Positions 28,153-32,000 of a stretch of DNA of 32,000 nucleotides are shown in pieces. Source of the stretch: Candidatus Midichloria mitochondrii IricVA (lineage in GTDB: Bacteria; Pseudomonadota; Alphaproteobacteria; Rickettsiales; Midichloriaceae). The translations under genes and the position numbers were made by a program. The notes under the pieces were generated by a model. That model saw nothing but the letters and a program-made list of their open reading frames with translations, had not been told where the DNA came from and did not search any database. The stretch lies in assembly GCF_000219355.1 (NCBI RefSeq), contig NC_015722.1:990001-1022000 (forward strand). Reading direction: 5' to 3'. Positions within the stretch are counted from its first letter, which is position 1, and every line of letters begins with the position of its first letter.

Positions 28153-29250
28153 TTATCTTACCTCTATTTCTGCTTGTAGCGCCCCCGCTTGTTGTATTGT
28201 TTTTAGTATAGCAACTAAATCATGAGTTTTTACTGCTAACGCATTTAATCCGTTTACTAAATCACTCAAATTAGTTCCATTCTCTAATACAGCAAGATTC
28301 GTGCCAGGGTCTGCGCGTTGTTCTTCATCAAGCTCTTTTTTACTCTTAGCTGCATTCCTTAAGCTCTGTACAAAGCCTTCTTGATCAGTAATTTTTACTC
28401 TAAGATTTCCCTGGGCCACAGCAACTGTATTGATTTTTACATTCTCACTAATGACAATGGTACCAGTCGTTTCATCTATTACTATCTTAGCGACTTGATC
28501 TGGCTGAATAGTTAAATTTTCAATCTCAGCAAGAAAATTAACTGCGTTATCTCTGTAGTGATTAGGTACATTGACTTTTATAGTTCCAGGATCCTCTACT
28601 GAAGCTATCAAATCATCCTGCTGCGCATTATTTATTGCAGTGGCAATTGTTCTAGCAGTTGTAATATCTGGGTTTTTCAACGCTAGCCTCATCTCAGAAA
28701 CCTCTTTTAAGGAAAAATTTATTTCCTTTTCTATAATTGCCCCATTATTTACATATCCAGAAGTCGGCACTGCCTTAATTTTGCTAGGATCAGGATCAGC
28801 AAGGCTTCCTATACTAACCGGCCCCTGAGCCACTGCATAAACTTCTCCATCTGCCCCCAAAAGAGGGGTAGCAATAAGCGTGCCTCCTTTAAGGCTTTTA
28901 GCGTCGCCAAGAGTACTAATGCTTACAGATATCTTGCTACCAGTACGGGCAAATGCGGAAATTGTAGCCGTTACCATTACCGCTGCAATGTTTTTAGTTT
29001 TTAGGTTGCTGCCTCTACTATTAATTCCTAATCTTTCAAGAAAATCTACTAACCCCTTTTCCGTAAAGGCAGAATTCTTTAGGTTATCACCACTACCATT
29101 TAAGCCAACAACAAGGCCATAACCAACCAATATGTTATCTCTTATGCCCTCAAAATTTACTATATCTTTTATCCTTGATTCTGCAGAGGCAAACTGGGTA
29201 AAAGAAGAAACGAATAAGAAAAGTGCACAAAAAACTGTACAAAAATTCAT
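28153..29250 (-). CDS. flgI: Flagellar P-ring protein FlgI
   Basis: The likely start is MNFCTVF at 29250; the ORF-track start at 29433 is an upstream extension. Signal peptide ..FTQFASA, then RIKDIVNFEGIRDNILVGYGLVVGLNGSGD, GGTLIATPLLGADGEVYAVAQGPVSIG, and C-terminal AGALQAEIEV. Confidence 0.9.
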   Translation of the reverse strand: MNFCTVFCALFLFVSSFTQFASAESRIKDIVNFEGIRDNILVGYGLVVGLNGSGDNLKNSAFTEKGLVDFLERLGINSRGSNLKTKNIAAVMVTATISAFARTGSKISVSISTLGDAKSLKGGTLIATPLLGADGEVYAVAQGPVSIGSLADPDPSKIKAVPTSGYVNNGAIIEKEINFSLKEVSEMRLALKNPDITTARTIATAINNAQQDDLIASVEDPGTIKVNVPNHYRDNAVNFLAEIENLTIQPDQVAKIVIDETTGTIVISENVKINTVAVAQGNLRVKITDQEGFVQSLRNAAKSKKELDEEQRADPGTNLAVLENGTNLSDLVNGLNALAVKTHDLVAILKTIQQAGALQAEIEVR

Positions 29251-29441
29251 TGCGAGGTCACCTAATAAATAAAGACTTATGTTAAAAGTTGAGCACTGAT
29301 TTTTTAGTTTGGCAAGTAATTTTACACCCTTAAGTTGTCCTTGTGAAAATTTAACAAAGGCCCTAAATCTAGTTGAATAACTAGGATATATCTTATACAA
29401 GAAAATGAGCACCACTACTGTTAAAACAATCAATTCTAACT

Positions 29442-30260
29442 ATGTTTAACCTAACTTCCTCTGAGCTTGGTAAAAAATCGCAATATATAAGTAAGTATAA
29501 GCCTGATTTATTATTTGCAATTCCAAGAAAATTAAAAAGAGCAGAGTTATTTGTAGGCCAAAATCCGGTGCAATTTCATGGAGTCGATATATGGAATGCT
29601 TATGAAGTTTCTTGGCTTGATATTCAAGGTAAGCCTCAGGTCAGGATTGCTGAGATAATCTATGATGCAAATTCTGAATTCATGGTTGAGTCAAAATCTT
29701 TAAAGCTTTATTTAAATTCCTTTAACAACAGCAATTTTAATACTCCAGAAGAAGTCCACAATCTTATTACCAATGATCTTTCTACAATATTGAAAACCAA
29801 AATTAAATGTGTCCTATATAATGTGGAAAGTAGCCACTACATACCACAAAAAATTCAGGGGATTTTGCTCGATGACTTAGATATTAATATTAAAAATTGC
29901 AATGATAAGCCCATCTTAGAACAAGCGCATGATATAGTGGAAGAGCTATTATATACACATCTGTTAAAATCCAATTGCTTAGTAACTGGACAGCCAGATT
30001 TTGGATCTCTAATTGTAAGATATAGTGGCCAAAAAATAAATCATATCTCTGTTTTACGGTACATAATATCTCTACGCAATTTAAATGAATTTCACGAACA
30101 GTGTATTGAACGCATATTTTTTGAAATTTATAAAAATTGCCGACCTAACTTTTTAGAGGTATCTGCAAGGTATACAAGAAGAGGAGGTATAGATATTAAC
30201 CCAATAAGATCCTCATCTGAAAACTTCGCCCAGTCCAACTATAGAAGCTTTAGGCAGTAG
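29442..30260 (+). CDS. queF: NADPH-dependent 7-cyano-7-deazaguanine reductase, two-domain (type II) form
   Basis: LGKKSQY...YKPDLLFAIPR, ESKSLKLYLNSF and TGQPDFGSLIV motifs; 272 aa. Confidence 0.85.
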   Translation: MFNLTSSELGKKSQYISKYKPDLLFAIPRKLKRAELFVGQNPVQFHGVDIWNAYEVSWLDIQGKPQVRIAEIIYDANSEFMVESKSLKLYLNSFNNSNFNTPEEVHNLITNDLSTILKTKIKCVLYNVESSHYIPQKIQGILLDDLDINIKNCNDKPILEQAHDIVEELLYTHLLKSNCLVTGQPDFGSLIVRYSGQKINHISVLRYIISLRNLNEFHEQCIERIFFEIYKNCRPNFLEVSARYTRRGGIDINPIRSSSENFAQSNYRSFRQ

Positions 30261-30276
30261 CTTCTTCCTTGCGCCT

Positions 30277-31518
30277 CTATACTATAACTACAATCGCATG
30301 TTTCTTTTTTCCAGCTGTAAGCTTTATTTTACCATCTTGGACATAGGAACCATTAATTAATTCAGTTTCGGCCGCTACTATTTCATTATTGATTTTAGCT
30401 CCATTGCCGTTTATTAGCCTCCTTGCTTCACCGCCTGAAGCACACAAACCTGCGGCTACAAAAAGCTTGAAAGCGGGTATACCATCCTTTAAGGAATCCG
30501 CCTCTAACTCAACTTGTTGCAGATCTTCCCCTATTCCTCCACCAAAAGTACTTCGAGCAGTCTCCATAGAAGCTTTGGCTGCCTCTTTCCCTCTACAAAG
30601 TGTGGTAGCTTCGTTTGCCAAAACTATCTTAGCTTCATTTAATTCTGCTCCTTGGAGTGCGGCCATTCTATCAATCTCAGCGATAGGAAGCTCGGTAAAT
30701 AATTTGAGGAATTTTATCACATCCGCATCGTCCACATTACGCCAAAATTGCCAATAATCATAATTAGAGAGCATGTCTTCATTTAACCAAACAGCTCCAC
30801 TTGCGGTTTTACCCATCTTAGCGCCAGAAGCTGTTGTAAGTAACGGTGAAGTTAATCCAAAAACTTCATTACCGGTCACTCTTTTAATTAACTCTATACC
30901 GTTTACTATATTACCCCACTGATCTGAGCCGCCGAGCTGTAACGTACAATTATATTTTCTATGTAATTCAAGAAAATCATAAGCTTGCAATAACATATAG
31001 CTAAATTCAAGAAACGTAAGAGGCTGCCGCCTATCAAGCCTAATCTTGACGCTATCAAAAGTTAACATCCGATTAACAGAAAAATGTCTGCCATACTGAC
31101 TTAAAAACTCAAGATAATTTAGACTCAGTAGCCAATCTGCATTATCAACAGAAGTCGCACCTTGATCAAAATTAATGAACTGAGCAAATACTTTGTTAAT
31201 TGATTGTTTGTTTTTTTCTATTTGCTCCTCTGAAGGCACAGATCTCATCTCATCTTTCCCGGATGGATCACCGACTCTGGTCGTGCCGCTACCTAACAAT
31301 ACTGTCGGCTCATGCCCAAATTTCTGTAAGGTACGTAGTACCATGATTTGAATCAGGCCTCCAACATGCAACGATGGGGCTGTACAATCGAATCCAATAT
31401 AGGCCCTAACTTTTTTAGCTGCTAGTAACTCATCAAGGCCATCATCGTTAGTTGACTGATGTATATAGCCTCTTTCATATAAAAAATTTAATAGATCTGA
31501 TTTTCTTTTCATAAACAC
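30277..31518 (-). CDS. tyrS: Tyrosine--tRNA ligase
   Basis: [16 protein letters not shown] (HIGH-class motif), KMGKTASG (KMSKS motif), and a C-terminal S4-like domain. Confidence 0.9.
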   Translation of the reverse strand: MFMKRKSDLLNFLYERGYIHQSTNDDGLDELLAAKKVRAYIGFDCTAPSLHVGGLIQIMVLRTLQKFGHEPTVLLGSGTTRVGDPSGKDEMRSVPSEEQIEKNKQSINKVFAQFINFDQGATSVDNADWLLSLNYLEFLSQYGRHFSVNRMLTFDSVKIRLDRRQPLTFLEFSYMLLQAYDFLELHRKYNCTLQLGGSDQWGNIVNGIELIKRVTGNEVFGLTSPLLTTASGAKMGKTASGAVWLNEDMLSNYDYWQFWRNVDDADVIKFLKLFTELPIAEIDRMAALQGAELNEAKIVLANEATTLCRGKEAAKASMETARSTFGGGIGEDLQQVELEADSLKDGIPAFKLFVAAGLCASGGEARRLINGNGAKINNEIVAAETELINGSYVQDGKIKLTAGKKKHAIVVIV

Positions 31519-31522
31519 ACAC

Positions 31523-32000
31523 CTATTCGTAACGTAAAGCAGCTGCTGGCATCACACTCGCAGCTTTCCATGCGGGGTATATGGTTGCTAAAAACGATAA
31601 TAGTAATGCCGTAGAAACTATTATAACCGTGCTAGTAACCGAAAATTCTGCAGGCAAACTGGTGAGAAAATATATTACAGGATCAAATATAACTTGCCCA
31701 GTCATATTTTCTAAAAATTGGCGGATTTGCTCTATATAAATTGTAAATAGTATGCCAATTATTGCTCCCAAAAAAGTTCCAGTAACTCCTATTATAGAAC
31801 CGCAAATCATAAATATTCTTAAAATCGACGTCTTCTTCATTCCAATAGTTCGAAGTATTGCTATACTTTTTTTCTTATCCTGAACTAACATAATAAGGCT
31901 TGAAATGATATTAAATGCAGCGATTAAAATAATCAGCATCAATATAAAAAACATCACGTTTCTCTCCACGCGTAAGGCAGCTACCAAAGATTGATTTGCA
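31523..32000 (-). CDS. Lipoprotein-releasing ABC transporter permease (LolC/E family), C-terminal part; the gene continues past the right edge
   Basis: FtsX-type C-terminal TM bundle: [43 protein letters not shown], ending [17 protein letters not shown]. The reading frame is open to the window end. Confidence 0.8.
   Translation of the reverse strand, partial: ANQSLVAALRVERNVMFFILMLIILIAAFNIISSLIMLVQDKKKSIAILRTIGMKKTSILRIFMICGSIIGVTGTFLGAIIGILFTIYIEQIRQFLENMTGQVIFDPVIYFLTSLPAEFSVTSTVIIVSTALLLSFLATIYPAWKAASVMPAAALRYE

Noticed and set aside
28153-29433. The 426-aa version of the flgI ORF, with 61 extra N-terminal residues.
   Set aside because: The extension has no FlgI similarity. A canonical signal peptide starts at the internal Met (29250), and the extension would consume the divergent flgI/queF promoter region.
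29251-29441. A search for a flagellar promoter (sigma54 GG-N10-GC, sigma28 TAAA-N15-GCCGATAA, or CtrA box TTAA-N7-TTAA) upstream of flgI.
   Set aside because: Only partial, wrongly spaced matches were found (for example GGGTGTAAAATTACTTGCC has the wrong GG-GC spacing). Nothing rose above what AT-rich DNA gives by chance.
25574-30757. Antisense ORFs inside flgK (25574, 25991, 27023), flgN (27460), flgI (28571, 28880) and tyrS (30389). Similar ones lie elsewhere: 1295(-), 10018(-), 10621(-), 11875(-), 15041(-), 15454(-), 16876(+), 17053(-).
   Set aside because: These are shadow ORFs opposite or overlapping well-supported genes. They have low-complexity or hydrophobic translations and no recognisable motifs.

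Overview
AT-rich window (mid-30s % GC by eye) that reads like the reduced genome of an obligate intracellular alphaproteobacterium (Rickettsiales-type). Because it carries flagellar genes, my best guess is a Midichloriaceae member such as Candidatus Midichloria; this is an inference, since no database was searched.

Conserved housekeeping blocks: rnhA; a CDGSH protein; ctpA; a thioredoxin-like gene; a yibQ-like gene; lnt; an XRE regulator; rpmB-nadK-lepB-rnc-era; rpmH-rnpA-yidD-yidC-mnmA; queF; tyrS; and a lolC/E-type permease.

These blocks are separated by three decay zones (about 5.6-8.9 kb, 12.6-14.5 kb and 18.2-23.6 kb). The zones hold degenerate IS982-family copies (five pieces at three loci), two degenerate IS1-family copies, and broken genes: a PF09820-like AAA-ATPase, a DUF4143 ATPase, an AmpD-like amidase, a probable recO, and a large FG-GAP repeat surface protein.

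The minus strand at 23.6-29.3 kb carries an apparently intact late flagellar block, flgI-flgJ(rod-binding)-flgN-flgK-flgL-fliW.

Main second-look items:
1. The flagellar block, with Bacillus/Campylobacter-like gene order and an orphan, frameshifted fliW.
2. Single-base frameshifts in otherwise conserved genes (CDGSH, trx-like, lnt, fliW), four of five sitting in A/T runs of 5-7 nt.
3. A rearranged IS982 derivative with ~300-bp terminal inverted arms, present at two loci with the same internal breakpoint.
4. IS copies that share the same inactivating lesions.

I saw no rRNA, tRNA or CRISPR array, and I found no convincing novel multi-gene system. All homology calls come from motif recognition by eye, not from searches.
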